Assembly: GCF_902713615.1 (NCBI RefSeq)
Contig: NW_024055676.1
Coordinates: forward strand, 682,877-746,876
Direction: 5' to 3'
DNA from: Scyliorhinus canicula
Lineage: Eukaryota
Length of the DNA: 64,000 bases
A program made the translations under genes and the position numbers. The notes below the pieces were generated by a model. It did not search any database. It was given only the letters and a program-made list of their open reading frames with translations, and was not told the origin of the DNA. This document shows positions 24,890-36,740 of the stretch, in pieces; the stretch's first letter is position 1, and each line of letters opens with the position of its first letter.

Positions 24890-25067
24890 ACAATTTTTCT
24901 CTTTCCAATTGAGGGGCATTTGGCCTGGCTAATCCACCATCCTTTAGGTTGTGGAATGAGACTCGGGCAGAATGTGCAAACTCCACACAGACATGACCCG
25001 GGGACGGGATCGAACCCGGGTCCTCAGCGCGGTGAGGCAGTAGTGCTAAGCACCGCACCACCCTGAC
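24890..25067 (-). mobile_element. V-SINE-like element, short variant
   Basis: Reverse complement of the SINE head and core. A similar copy is at 25765-25950. Confidence 0.7.
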
Positions 25068-25169
25068 GCTCTCCTGGAACATCATTAAAGTTTACGTTCC
25101 TGCCAACATCGAAAAAAACAAACAACTTCAATCTCATTGGATTTGTCAAGGGATTTCCAACTGCTGGGC

Positions 25170-25382
25170 GGGTCAGATATAATAATAATCACAGAGACCG
25201 GCTCCAGTGTATCAATAACAGAGATGCCGGGCCCGGGGCCAGACTGGGGTCAGGTATAATAATAATCACAAAGACCGGCTCCAGTGTATCAATAACAGAG
25301 ACTACCCGGCCCGGGGTCAGACTGGGGTCAGGTATAATAATAATCACAGAGACCGGCTCCAATGTATCAATAACAGAGACTG
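25170..25382. repeat. Minisatellite, 77-78-bp unit, about 2.7 copies
   Basis: ATAATAATCACAGAGACCGGCTCCAGTGTATCAATAACAGAGA... recurs with anchor bases at 25190, 25267 and 25345. Confidence 0.9.
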
Positions 25383-27899
25383 GTGATAATCTTCGATGAA
25401 GGGAGACAGGGGATCCCATGAACAGCTGATTTTAAGATGAAGTGAAACTATCAGAAAGCAATGATGCTCCGGGCCCCAGCCAAGGCTTCATTATCATGCT
25501 GAGTGACAGGGATGTGTGTGGGAAAAGCGGATTGGAAACTTCATTGAGTGAGGTGCGTGTGATTGACTCCACCTCGGATCGTTTATACCCAATGGAAGGA
25601 TAATTATTGCAGACCCTATAATGGTGCATCTGTCGGCGGAAACAAAAACATCTGTTGCTTCTTATTGTTACGAACAGTTCTCCATTTACATAGAAACGCG
25701 AGAGCCGGTTCCGGCAGCTTATGAACACTATATTTCTTTGGTAAATTTAGAGTATCCATTTATTTATATTTTCAATTAAGGGGCAATTTAGCGTGGCCAA
25801 TCCACCGACCCTTCACAGCTTTGGGTTGTGGGGGTGAAAAACACGCCGTCACGGCGAGAAGGTGCAAACTCCACACGGACAGTAACCCAGGACCGGGATC
25901 GTACTGGAGTCCTCAAAAGCGTAGGCAGCAGTGCTAACCACTGCACCACCCTACCGTCCCATCTTATGGACACTTCTGTTTAAATCATCAGTTTCAGACA
26001 CAAAGACTAAAAGCCAAAGACTCATCACAGGAAGAATTAGTGCCACAAATGTTAACGATAATTGTTCTTTTTCGAAACAAGTGCTATTCACTGTTACTTT
26101 GTCCAAAGTAGTGGGTTGCAAACAGCAACGGACCTCTGAAAGATTCGTGGCAATTATCGACACACACCCAGGTTCTGCCGAAAGACAGATGTAATGATGT
26201 GTAATGTGACAGATGTGTAATGATTGTATTATATTCGGCCTCAATGAAGGACAGAGGTAGATACAGAAAAAGTGCTGGGACAATGATTATAGATGAACCA
26301 TCCAACTGGTCCCATTCCCTCTCATCCTTCAGATCTTAATACCTTCAAATATTTATCCATCATTTTCCAAAGTTGCTGTTAAATCTGATTCCATCATACT
26401 TTCCAGATGTGTATTCCAGTTTATAACAACTGGCTGTGTAAAAACAATCCTCTTGTTCAATACAGTAAATCTGTGTCCTCTGGTTACAGACCCTCCTGCC
26501 AGTTGTAATAGTGTCTCTTTAATCACTGTACTCAAACCTTGATGGTTTTGTTTTAGAAGTTTAATGAAATAGACACACATAAAGGTGGAGAAAGATACAG
26601 AGAGAGAAAGTGAAACTGAGCGAAGAAATGAGAAAGAGAGACGTGGGGTTGAGCGATAAAATCTGAGAAACAGTAAAGACAAATTACACAGCGAGAGGGA
26701 GAATGATAAAATAGTGAAATGGAGCAAGATATAATTTCCTCGCTTCAGAGAACCGGGGAAACTCACTGACTGATCCACTGACCATCCAGTTATGACCTGG
26801 AATGGAAGCTTTAAACAGATCACAACAGGTTCATTTGTAAATGTCACCGCAATGTGATCTGTGTGACTCTGCCCTGACTCTGTGGGCGGATATAAGCCGC
26901 ATTAACAGATGTTCTCACCAGATTGTGGTCCCTGGATTTATTTTCTGCTCAGAAGTGAGATGTGCGGTTTGGAATCGGCAGCAGAGAAACAGGAAGTTGT
27001 GTTACCTGAGAATGAAACAGCAGGCGTCAGTTTCATGTTATCGCCGTGAACAGTCTTCCTGCCTGTGAGGGTGAACTCACTCTGACAGCATCAAGAACAC
27101 CCACACAGATTGCTGCCGGCCTCAGCATTACATTCACATCCATTCCCATTGCCTTGAAAAAGTTAGATTATTTGTTTAGAAACACAGTAACCGATCGGGA
27201 GGTGCACAGATGATCTTCACTGGTCATAATACAAATAATAATCTGGAGACATGAAGGGAAATTAAAACAACAATCTGTTAACAGAGGTTACACTAATGTA
27301 GAAAGTTTGAAGGCATTTGATGTCAGAGCGAGAGAGAGGTGGGGGGCAGGGGGTAGAGAGAGAGAGAGAGGGGGGGGGAGAGAGAGGGGGTGGGGGGGGG
27401 GAGCGGTTAAGTGAATGATCCATTGCCTTTCTGGCACAGAATTTTCCTCTGATGACGTTTTGGTGCTTCATTATTGTCAGAAGTGCCTTCAGTAAAAAAG
27501 ATTTAAACAGGAGGTGCCATTTAAACACTAGGTTCCAGACTCGGCTGCTGTGTGCCTGTGTGAGTGAGTTAAGTCTGAGAGAGAGAAGAGGGTTCAACTG
27601 ATTTCGGTGCAGACTGAGACAGAGAAAGCGAGGTGAACCGATATGTAAGTAAATTGAAAGATACATTTGCCTTTTCAATGGAATGGACAGCTCGATATTA
27701 CTGTCTAGATCACTCAAGACAATACATTACAAGTACATATTGAGTGTCGCGTAGGATGTGGAAGGTAATCTCAATAAAATGTCGTCATCTGCTGAAAAAT
27801 AATTGCAATTATTGGCAACGCCATTTTGCAAACAATGAATAATGATGTGTTCCAGATTAACCGGCCGATATAGACATACAGGCACACACATAGGCACAT

Positions 27900-27955
27900 A
27901 TATCCACACACAGACACACACACAGACACACACACATACACACACACACATACAG
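27900..27955. repeat. (CA)n-type microsatellite, imperfect
   Basis: CACACAGACACACACAGACACACACATACACACACACA. Confidence 0.9.
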
Positions 27956-28221
27956 TTTCAGTCTCTGTCTCTCACAATCAGTGGCCACACTAAAACCAAA
28001 CAGAAATCCATTCGGCAAAACGGGTGAAAGACAATTCGGACCATGAAAGGAAACAGTGGCTAACTGCCACGGATGAACACAAGTCTGAATTAGTCATATC
28101 CAACACAATGGAGTTTGTGACTGTGTTGTGCAATGTGAAGTTCAATGACTTCCGGTGGCTGTGATGGATCAGTAAGCCACACATTTGGAAGCTCCAGTTT
28201 TAAAGAGATTTTTCGGCTCTT

Positions 28222-29142
28222 TTGAGAGTCCAAAACGGAAATTTTTCGACGTCTCCCGGTGGGGGAAGGTGTGCTGAACGACTTTCCCTACAGTCCATGA
28301 CTCGAACTCGGAGTGGAAAGGGGGAAAAAACAGCAGCAGCTCCTCAGAAAAAACGGGGGAAAGGATCCAAGATGGCCACCGACAGAGCTCCAGAGGAATT
28401 GAGACTCTGGGCCCAGGAACAACAAACTGATCTCCTGCGCTGCTTTAAAGAATTCAAGGATGAAGTACTGAGCTCTCTGCAGGAAACGAACAGAAGGCTG
28501 TCAGAGATTCAGTCCACCCAGGGTGCTGCCATCAAGAAGTTGCAGACGCAGGCCATTGAACGAGAGGAGGAGGCCGTGGTCCTCGTGAGTAAGGTGGAGG
28601 GGCACGAAGCACTCCACAAGAAGTGGCAGGAACGCTTTGAGGAGCTGGATCACCGCATGAGGCGGAAAAACCTGCGGATCTTGGGCCTTGCAGAGGGGCT
28701 GGAGGGATCGGACCTGACAGCCTATGTGGCTGTCATGCTGAATTCGCTGGTGGGGGCCGGATCTCTCCATCTGCCCTTGGAGCTGGAGGGAGCGCACAGG
28801 GTGCTGGCCAGGAGGCCCAAGGAAGATGAACCCCCGCGTGCGGTGCTGGTGAGGTTCCACCGGTTCAGTGATCGGGAGTGTGTGCTGCGCTGGGCCAAGA
28901 AGGTGAAGAGCAGCAATTGGGAGAATGGGGTAGTGCGGATCTACCAGGACTGGAGTGCGGAGGGGGCTAAGCGGCGGTCCGGATTTAATCGGACGAAAGA
29001 GGTGCTTTATAGAAAAAAGATAAAGTTCGGAATGTTGCCGCCCACACGCCTGTGGGTAACTTATTTGGACCGGCACCATTATTTCGATTCCCCGGAGGAG
29101 GCGTGGGCCTTCGTGCGGACGGAGAAACTGGACTTGAACTAG
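28222..29142 (+). CDS. L1 ORF1p (coiled coil, RRM, CTD)
   Basis: Open 306-codon frame with RRKNLRILGL, AHRVLARRP, PRAVLVRFHRF and YFDSPEEA motifs. The true start may be an internal Met. Confidence 0.88.
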   Translation: MRVQNGNFSTSPGGGRCAERLSLQSMTRTRSGKGEKTAAAPQKKRGKGSKMATDRAPEELRLWAQEQQTDLLRCFKEFKDEVLSSLQETNRRLSEIQSTQGAAIKKLQTQAIEREEEAVVLVSKVEGHEALHKKWQERFEELDHRMRRKNLRILGLAEGLEGSDLTAYVAVMLNSLVGAGSLHLPLELEGAHRVLARRPKEDEPPRAVLVRFHRFSDRECVLRWAKKVKSSNWENGVVRIYQDWSAEGAKRRSGFNRTKEVLYRKKIKFGMLPPTRLWVTYLDRHHYFDSPEEAWAFVRTEKLDLN

Positions 29143-29838
29143 GGGTTGGGGGTTGCGAGGTCGGCTGTAAGGTATTAGTGCTGGATTTTGCTGTTGCTGT
29201 GTTCTCTTTTTCTTCTGTTGTTTTCTTCTTGTTTTAGTACTTTTGCAATTTTGATATGGTTATTTACGGAGGGGTCGTTCTGCTATGTTTTTGTTTTTGT
29301 GCTGTGGGACATTGTCTGGGCTGTGTATCTTGAGGGGAGGGTCGGGGGGATATGTTGTATTCTATGCCGGAGTGGGGGTATGGAGTGGGGCTGATATTTG
29401 GGAGCTGCGTCAGAAGGGTGAGGTGGGGCAGTGCAAAACCGCGGGCTTTCCTCTGGTTTCCCGTGCTGCGGGGCTGGGGGGGTGGAGATGGTGATGGGGG
29501 AGGCGGGGCCTTAACTGGTTCTTCCCCGCGCTGGAGCGGTGCCAGGAGGAGGGATAGATTGGGGGATGATCCCACTTCGGGAGGGGTCGGGCTATTGGCG
29601 GGAGTTTCCGGGGTCAGCAGAAGTTAGCTGACCCACGGAAGTACAATGGAGGACGGTTCGCGGCTGGGAGGGTTCCTAGCCTGGGGGGGAAGGGAGGGGG
29701 GGAAAGGGGATTACCGGGTTGCTGTTGGTAGGGTCAAGAAGGAGCTGGTGGGGGCTGGGGGGACAGAGGTGAGGGGTTGTCGCTATGGGGACGGGGTCGA
29801 GCAGGGGGTGCTGGCTTGGGGCGGGCAGTCAACGGGCT

Positions 29839-32800
29839 ATGGCTAGCCGACGGGGGAGGGGGGGCGGGACGCCCTCTGATCCGGTTGGTCACCTGGAATG
29901 TGAGAGGGTGGAATGGGCCGGTGAAGCGGTCGAGGGTACTGGCTCACCTGAAGGGGCTAAAGGCGGATGTGGTAATGCTTCAGGAGACCCACCTGAGGGT
30001 GGCGGACCAGGTCCGCCTGAGGAAGGGATGGGTGGGGCAGGTTTTCCACTCGGGGTTGGATGTGAGGAACCGGGGAGTGGCGATTCTGGTGGGGAAAAAT
30101 GTGTTGTTTGAGGCATCGGAGGTGGTGGCGGATAAGGGGGGTAGGTATGTGATGGTTAGGGGCAGGCTACAAGGAGAGAAGGTGGTACTGGCTAGTGTGT
30201 ATGCCCCAAATTGGGACGATGCGGGCTTTATGAGGCGTATGTTGGGACGGATCCCGGATCTGGAGGCAGGAGGTCTGATCATAGGGGGGGACTTTAATAC
30301 GGTGTTGGATCCTTCACTGGATCGGTCCAGCTCTAGGACGGGTAGGAGGCCGGTGGCGGCCAAGGTACTGAGAGGGTTTATGGACCAGATGGGTGGGGTG
30401 GATCCATGGAGGTTTGTAAGGCCGAGGGCACGCGAGTACTCTTTCTTCTCCCACGTACATAGGGTCTACTCTCGGATAGATTTCTTCGTGGTGAGTAGGG
30501 GACTGATTCCGAGAGTGGAGGAGGCCGAGTATTCGGCCATTGCAATCTCCGACCACGCTCCGCGTTGGATAGAGTTGGAGATGGGAGAGGTGCGAGACCA
30601 ACGTCCATTGTGGCGGTTGGATGTGGCGTTGTTGGCGGAGGAGGAGGTGTGTAGGAGGGTCCAGGCAAGTATTGAGGGGTACCTTGAGGTGAATGATACG
30701 GGGGAGGTTCAGGTGGGGATGGTCTGGGAAGCCCTGAAGGCAGTAATTCGTGGGGAGCTGATATCCATCCGGGCACACAGGTAGAGGAGCGAGAGGAGTG
30801 AGAGGGATAGACTGGTGGGAAAGATGCTGGAGGTGGACAGGAGGTATGCAGAGGCACCAGAGGAGGGACTGTTGGGGGAGAGGCGCAGCCTGCAGGCTAA
30901 ATTTGATTTGCTGACCACTAGAAAGGCGGAGGCACAGTGGAGGAAGGCACAAGGGGCAGTGTACGAACATGGTGAAAAGGCGAGTAGGATGCTGGCTCAT
31001 CAGCTGCGTAAGCGGGATGCGGCTAAGGAGATTGCTGGAGTGAGAGATAAGAGTGGGAATGTGGTGCGGAAGGGGGTAGAGGTGAATGAGGTCTTCAAGG
31101 ATTTTTACAGGGAACTGTACCGGTCGGAGCCAACGGGGGAGAGGAGGGGAATGGAGAGGTTCCTTGACGGGCTTTCTTTCCCGAAGGTGCAGGAGGAGAA
31201 GGTGGAGGGGTTGGGTGCGCCGATTGAGCTGGAGGAGCTAGTTAAGGGGATCGGGCAGATGCAGTCAGGGAAGGCACCGGGGCCGGATGGGTTCCCGATG
31301 GAATTTTATAAAAAGTTTGTGGATCTAGTGGGCCCCTTGCTGGTGCGAACACTCAATGAAGCGTGGGAGGGGGGGGGACTTTGCCCCCGACGATGTCACG
31401 GGCGCTGATCTCGTTAATTTTAAAGAAGGACAAGGACCCCCAGCAGTGTGATTCATACAGGCCCATATCTCTCCTCAACGTGGACGCTAAGGTGCTGGCA
31501 AAAATCCTGGCCACCAGGCCAGAGGACTGTGTGTCAGTGGTTGTGCACGAGGACCAGACAGGTTTTGTGAAGGGAAGGCAGCTGAACACGAATGTGCGGA
31601 GATTGCTGAATGTCATCATGATGCCGGCGATTGAGGGGGAGGCAGAGATAGTGGTGGCACTGGATGCGGAGAAGGCCTTCGATAGAGTGGAGTGGGGGTA
31701 CCTATGGGAGGTGTTGGGGAGGTTTGGATTTGGTGAAGGGTTCATTAGATGGGTAAGGCTGTTATATGAGGCCCTGATGGCGTGCGTGGCTACGAATAGG
31801 AGGAGGTCGGAGTACTTCCGGCTTTACCGAGGGACCAGGCAGGGTTGCCCCTTGTCCCCCTTGTTGTTTGCACTGGCAATCGAGCCGCTGGCGATGGCAT
31901 TGAGAGATTCAGAGAGGTGGAGAGGCTTGGTGCGAGGTGGAGAGGAACATAGGGTGTCGTTGTATGCCGACGACCTGTTACTGTATGTGGCGGACCCGGT
32001 GGGAGGGATGCAGGGAGTGATGGAGTTACTAGCCGAGTTTGGGACCTTCTCAGGTTATAAATTAAACTTAGGCAAGAGCGAGGTGTTTGTGGTGCACCCT
32101 GGAGACCAGGAGGAAGGGATTGGTAGGCTCCCGCTTAGGCGGGCAGGGGAGAGCTTTAGGTACCTGGGGGTGCAAGTGGCCAGGGACTGGGGGACTCTCC
32201 ACAAGCATAACTTTACCAGGCTGGTAGATCAGATGGAGGAGGAGTTCAGGAGGTGGGACATGCTGCCATTGTCGTTGGCGGGGAGGGTGCAGTCCGTCAA
32301 AATGACAGTGCTTCCAAGGTTCTTGTTCCTTTTTCAGTGCCTGCCCATATTTATCCCCAGGGCCTTCTTTAGGAGAGTGACTAGCAGTATTCTGAGTTTT
32401 GTGTGGGCACATGGGACTCCGAGAGTGAGGAGGGTGTTCCTGGAGCGAGGAAGGGATGGAGGTGGGCTGGCACTGCCCAACCTTCTGGGGTACTATTGGG
32501 CAGCCAATGTGTCAATGGTGCGTAAATGGGTGATGGAGGGGGAGGGGCGGCGTGGAAAAGAATGGAGATGGCGTCATGTAGAGGTACGAGCCTGGGTGCC
32601 ATGGTAACGGCACCGTTGCCGCTCTCCCCTAAGAGGTTTACCACGAGCCCGGTGGTGGCGGCGACCCTAAGAATCTGGGAACAATGGAGACGGCATCGGG
32701 GGGAAACAAGGGGCTCGATGGAGGCTCCACTGGGTGGCAACCATCGGTTCATCCCGGGGAACACGGATGGGGGATTCAGGGGGTGGCAAAGGGCGGGCAT

Positions 32801-33635
32801 CAGCAAATTGAGGGACCTGTTTATTGGCGGGAGGTTTGCGGGCCTGGGGGAACTGGAAGATAAATTTGGCCTTCCCCAGGGGAACATGTTCAGATACCTG
32901 CAGGTAAAGGCGTTTGCTAGGCGACAGGTAGAGGGATTCCCTTTGCTGCCCTCGAAGGGGGCGATGGACAGAGTGCTTTCGGGGGTGTGGGTAGGAGAGG
33001 GGAAGGTGTCTGACATCTATAAGGTAATGCAGGAGGTGGAGGAGTCGTCAGTGGAGGAGTTGAAGGCTAAATGGGAGGAGGAACTCGGGGAGCAGATAGA
33101 GGACGGGACTTGGGCGGATGCCTTGGAGAGAGTCAACTCTTCCTCCTCATGTGCGAGGCTTAGTCTCATCCAATTTAAGGTGCTGCACCGGGCCCACATG
33201 TCCGGGACTAGGATGAGTAGGTTCTTCGGGGCTGAGGACAGGTGCACCAGATGTTCGGGGAGTCCTGCGAACCACGCCCATATGTTCTGGGCATGCCCAG
33301 CACTGAAAGAATTCTGGAAGGGGGTGGCGGGGATGGTGTCGAGGGTGGTTGGATCCAGGGTCAAACCAGGGTGGGGACTCGCGATTTTTGGAGTTGCGGT
33401 AGAGCCGGGAGTGCAGGAGGCGAAAGAGGCCGGTGTCCTGGCCTTTGCGTCCCTAGTAGCCCGTCGAAGGATTCTGTTACAATGGAAGGATGCAAGGCCC
33501 CCAAGTGTGGAGACCTGGATCAGTGACATGGCGGGATTTATAAAATTGGAAAAGGTCAAATTTGCCCTGAGAGGATCAATACAAGGGTTCTATAAACGAT
33601 GGCAGCCTTTTTTGGACTTCCTGGCTCAGAGATAG
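29839..33635 (+). pseudogene. L1 ORF2p (APE endonuclease, reverse transcriptase, C-terminal CCHC), disrupted
   Basis: Contains VTWNVRG, LQETH, GDFN and SDHAP (EN); YRPISLLN, GTRQGCPLSP and YADD (RT); and CTRC...HMFWAC. Broken by TAG at 30782-30784 and by frameshifts in G-runs at about 29860, 31373 and 32545. Confidence 0.92.
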
Positions 33636-34234
33636 GTAACTGGGTCAATAGCAGAAGCAACCCGGGGGGGGGGGGGGGGGGGGCGGGGGGGGGGGTGCAT
33701 TATTGTAGTGTTTATTCTGTAACTTTATAGTGTGTTAATATGCGTTGTTGTTAAAATGCTGGGGTGTTCATGGGGATGGGGCGAATGTATATGATTGTTA
33801 ATATTATTGTTATTTTCGGTATTTTACTAAGGTGTGTCAATGTTGTATAAAATCAAAATTTCTCAATAAAAATGATTAAAAAAATAAAAAATGTGAAGTT
33901 TAATATGGCGCCGGTGTTTCTGTTCCTCAGCCTGGTGATGAAGTGAATGTCACAAGATTCGCTCCAACCTTTCAGCAAAATATTACACACCCATTACCAG
34001 ACCAATCACACAACACCAAATAGTTATTCATTATGCTTTTGTAAGTGAATTAAGTCTGAGAGAGAATAGAGACATTAATTAATCTAGGTGTAGTCTGAAA
34101 CAAAGAGATGAGAACAGATCGGCAGGAGTTTTAAGGATGTATTTGCCTTTCCAACGAACTTCCATAACAGCTAATAGTTATTGAGACGACAAAATGTATT
34201 CTTCCAAACACAAGTGAGACCCCTTTCCACGCAG

Positions 34235-34580
34235 AAGGCAGTGGCGCAGTGGTATTGTCGCTGGATTCGTAATCCAGAGACCCAGAGTCAAGCTCTGGGG
34301 ACCCGGGCTCCCACCACGGCAGGTGATGAGATTTGAATCAAAAAAGATCTGGAATTAAAAGTCTAATGATGACCATGAAACCATTGTTCTGTGTAATCAA
34401 ACCGCACCTGGTTCACTGATGTCCTTCAGGGAAGGATATCTGTCGCCCTTAACTAGTCTGGTCGACATCTGACTCCAGATGACTCCACAGCAATGTCGTT
34501 GACTCTGAAATGCCCTCAGGGATGGGTGAGAACTGCAGGATCAGCCAGCGTCATCCACATCCCATGAACGAATAAAAAGC
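34235..34580 (+). mobile_element. tRNA-derived SINE with an L2-type tail (possibly DeuSINE/SacSINE1-like)
   Basis: A-box-like GTGGCGCAGTGG head, conserved body (GGTTCACTGATGTCCTTCAGGGAAGG) and a CCCATGAACGAATAAAAA tail. Partial copies lie near 45.1, 51.1 and 61.25 kb. The family name is not verified. Confidence 0.6.
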
Positions 34581-34590
34581 ATTTAGTATA

Positions 34591-35027
34591 NNNNNNNNNN
34601 NNNNNNNNNNNNNNNNNNNNNNNNNNNNNNNNNNNNNNNNNNNNNNNNNNNNNNNNNNNNNNNNNNNNNNNNNNNNNNNNNNNNNNNNNNNNNNNNNNNN
34701 NNNNNNNNNNNNNNNNNNNNNNNNNNNNNNNNNNNNNNNNNNNNNNNNNNNNNNNNNNNNNNNNNNNNNNNNNNNNNNNNNNNNNNNNNNNNNNNNNNNN
34801 NNNNNNNNNNNNNNNNNNNNNNNNNNNNNNNNNNNNNNNNNNNNNNNNNNNNNNNNNNNNNNNNNNNNNNNNNNNNNNNNNNNNNNNNNNNNNNNNNNNN
34901 NNNNNNNNNNNNNNNNNNNNNNNNNNNNNNNNNNNNNNNNNNNNNNNNNNNNNNNNNNNNNNNNNNNNNNNNNNNNNNNNNNNNNNNNNNNNNNNNNNNN
35001 NNNNNNNNNNNNNNNNNNNNNNNNNNN
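34591..35027. other. Assembly gap (437 N)
   Basis: Run of N characters. Confidence 1.
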
Positions 35028-36494
35028 CTATCTATCTGTGTTTCTTTTAGACAACCTTTATTTTTTTCATTCAATTGCGCGATATGGCGCCACTGATTGG
35101 TCAGCAATTATGGCCCATTCCAAGTTGCCATTCAGAAGGTGGTGGTGAGCTGCCGCCTTGAATCTCTGCAGTCCCTGATATGCAGTTACGCCCATACAGT
35201 ATTAGCGAGAGATATACAGTATTTTCACCCAGCCACGGTGAAGGAACGGCGATATATTTCCAAGTCAAAGTGTTGAGTGACTTGGAGAGGAATCTCCAGT
35301 TGGTGGTGTTGCAATGTATCTGCTGGTCTTGTCCTTGTTGATGGTCGTAGCCGTGGGTCTAGTAGGTGCTGAATATGAAACATTTATTAGTTCCAACAGT
35401 AAATCTTGCGGATGGCAACAATCAAGCGACTGATTTGTCCTGGATGGTGCAAAGCTTCTTGAGATTTGTTGAAGCTGCACTCCAGACAAGTGGAGAGTAT
35501 TCCATTACACTTCAGACTTTTGCCTAGCAGATGATGGACAGGCTTTGGGCAATCGGGATGTGAGTTACTGGCCACAGGATCTCTACCCTTTGAACTGCTC
35601 TGGCAGCCACAGCATTCGTCTGGCTTGTCCAGATCAGTTTCTGGTCAATGACAACCCCCAGGACGTTGATTGTGCCGTAATCAATGAAAATAAATCTGTT
35701 GCATGATTCTGTGGGGCAAGACTTCAGTCGTGAATTCAACAGCGTCTAACAAAATAATATCAGAGAGTAGGCTTAACATAATATAAATGGAGACTTGGTT
35801 CAGTTGAACAACTGCTCCGAAATGGCGACTTCTAACATGTGCAGCAGCATGGATTCATGCATCAATTAATTAATCCGCACATAATGTAATATTAACAGAT
35901 ATAAGGTCTAATGCAATGATTAAAAAGAGTCAATTGCAGTAGAGAGAGATGTTGCTCAGTGCATTTCTGAATTAGACTGCAACTATTTGCTAAAGCAGTA
36001 AACACAGTCTCGTGCAGTCATAACTGAGAAAGGATGTACTGTAGTATGAAGAGAAACATGGCCTTACTTCTTGAAATGTTTAACTGTCGGTAGCATTCTC
36101 TACACAGGTACAATGCTGAGGGAAAGATAAAACGAAACATCGTCCTGTTCAATCATTCCAGAGACAAGACCCAGGGTAATAATACTTGTTACACGGTTAA
36201 GTACAGTGATAACTGAAGCAGGGATTAATGTAATACTACGAAACACAATGTGCAGTAAAATAAAAATAAATACATCGTCTAACTACAAGTAAAAACTCAA
36301 CTAGAGTAAATTATACAGGCCACAGAAACATGAGCTAATGCATTAATAACTGGAATAATATCGAAAGATATAAACACTGAGAGGATCTAATTTAGAGAGA
36401 ACTGAGAAAGGACCTATTTTATTTTAAACAGAGATATGGAGGAGTGTAGTAATAAATGAGATGTAACCCATTGCACGATTAATATTATAAAAAG

Positions 36495-36740
36495 TCTTAC
36501 AACACCAGGTTAAAGTGCAACAGGTTTGCTTCAAACACTATCTTTCGGAGCATTGCTCCTTCCTCAGGTGAATGAAGAGGTATGTTCCAGAAACATATAT
36601 ATACAGACAAATTCAAAGGTGCAAGACAATGCTTAGAATGCGAGCATTTGCAGGGAATTAAGTCTTTACAGATCCAGAGATAGGGGTAACCCCAGCTTAT
36701 GAGGTGTGAATTGTCTCAAGCCAGGACAGTTGGTCGGATT
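36495..36740 (-). mobile_element. Penelope-like element terminal-repeat fragment
   Basis: Minus strand reads CACCTGAGGAAGGAGCAATGCTCCGAAAG...AACCTGTTGCACTTTAACCTGGTGTTGTAAGAC. A rearranged copy is at 50530-50655. Confidence 0.55.

Larger units (their letters stand above)
28147..33889 (+). mobile_element. Full-length L1-clade (L1/Tx1-like) LINE, near intact
   Basis: TSD AATGTGAAGTT(C/T)AAT at 28132-28146 and 33890-33904. The 5' end is GACTTCCGG, followed by ORF1 and ORF2, a G-tract 3'UTR, AATAAA at 33865 and an A-rich tail. Confidence 0.95.

Noticed and set aside
25460-25730. ASLSC*VTG...W Ig-like pattern
   Set aside because: Multiple stops, no second Cys motif, and no splice sites or RSS.
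28501-33559. Long antisense and alternate-frame ORFs over the L1 (e.g. 28501-29079, 30314-31000, 32381-33016)
   Set aside because: These are shadows of GC-rich L1 coding sequence with no independent motifs.
34583-35107. 174-aa ORF from the track
   Set aside because: Artefact of the N gap.
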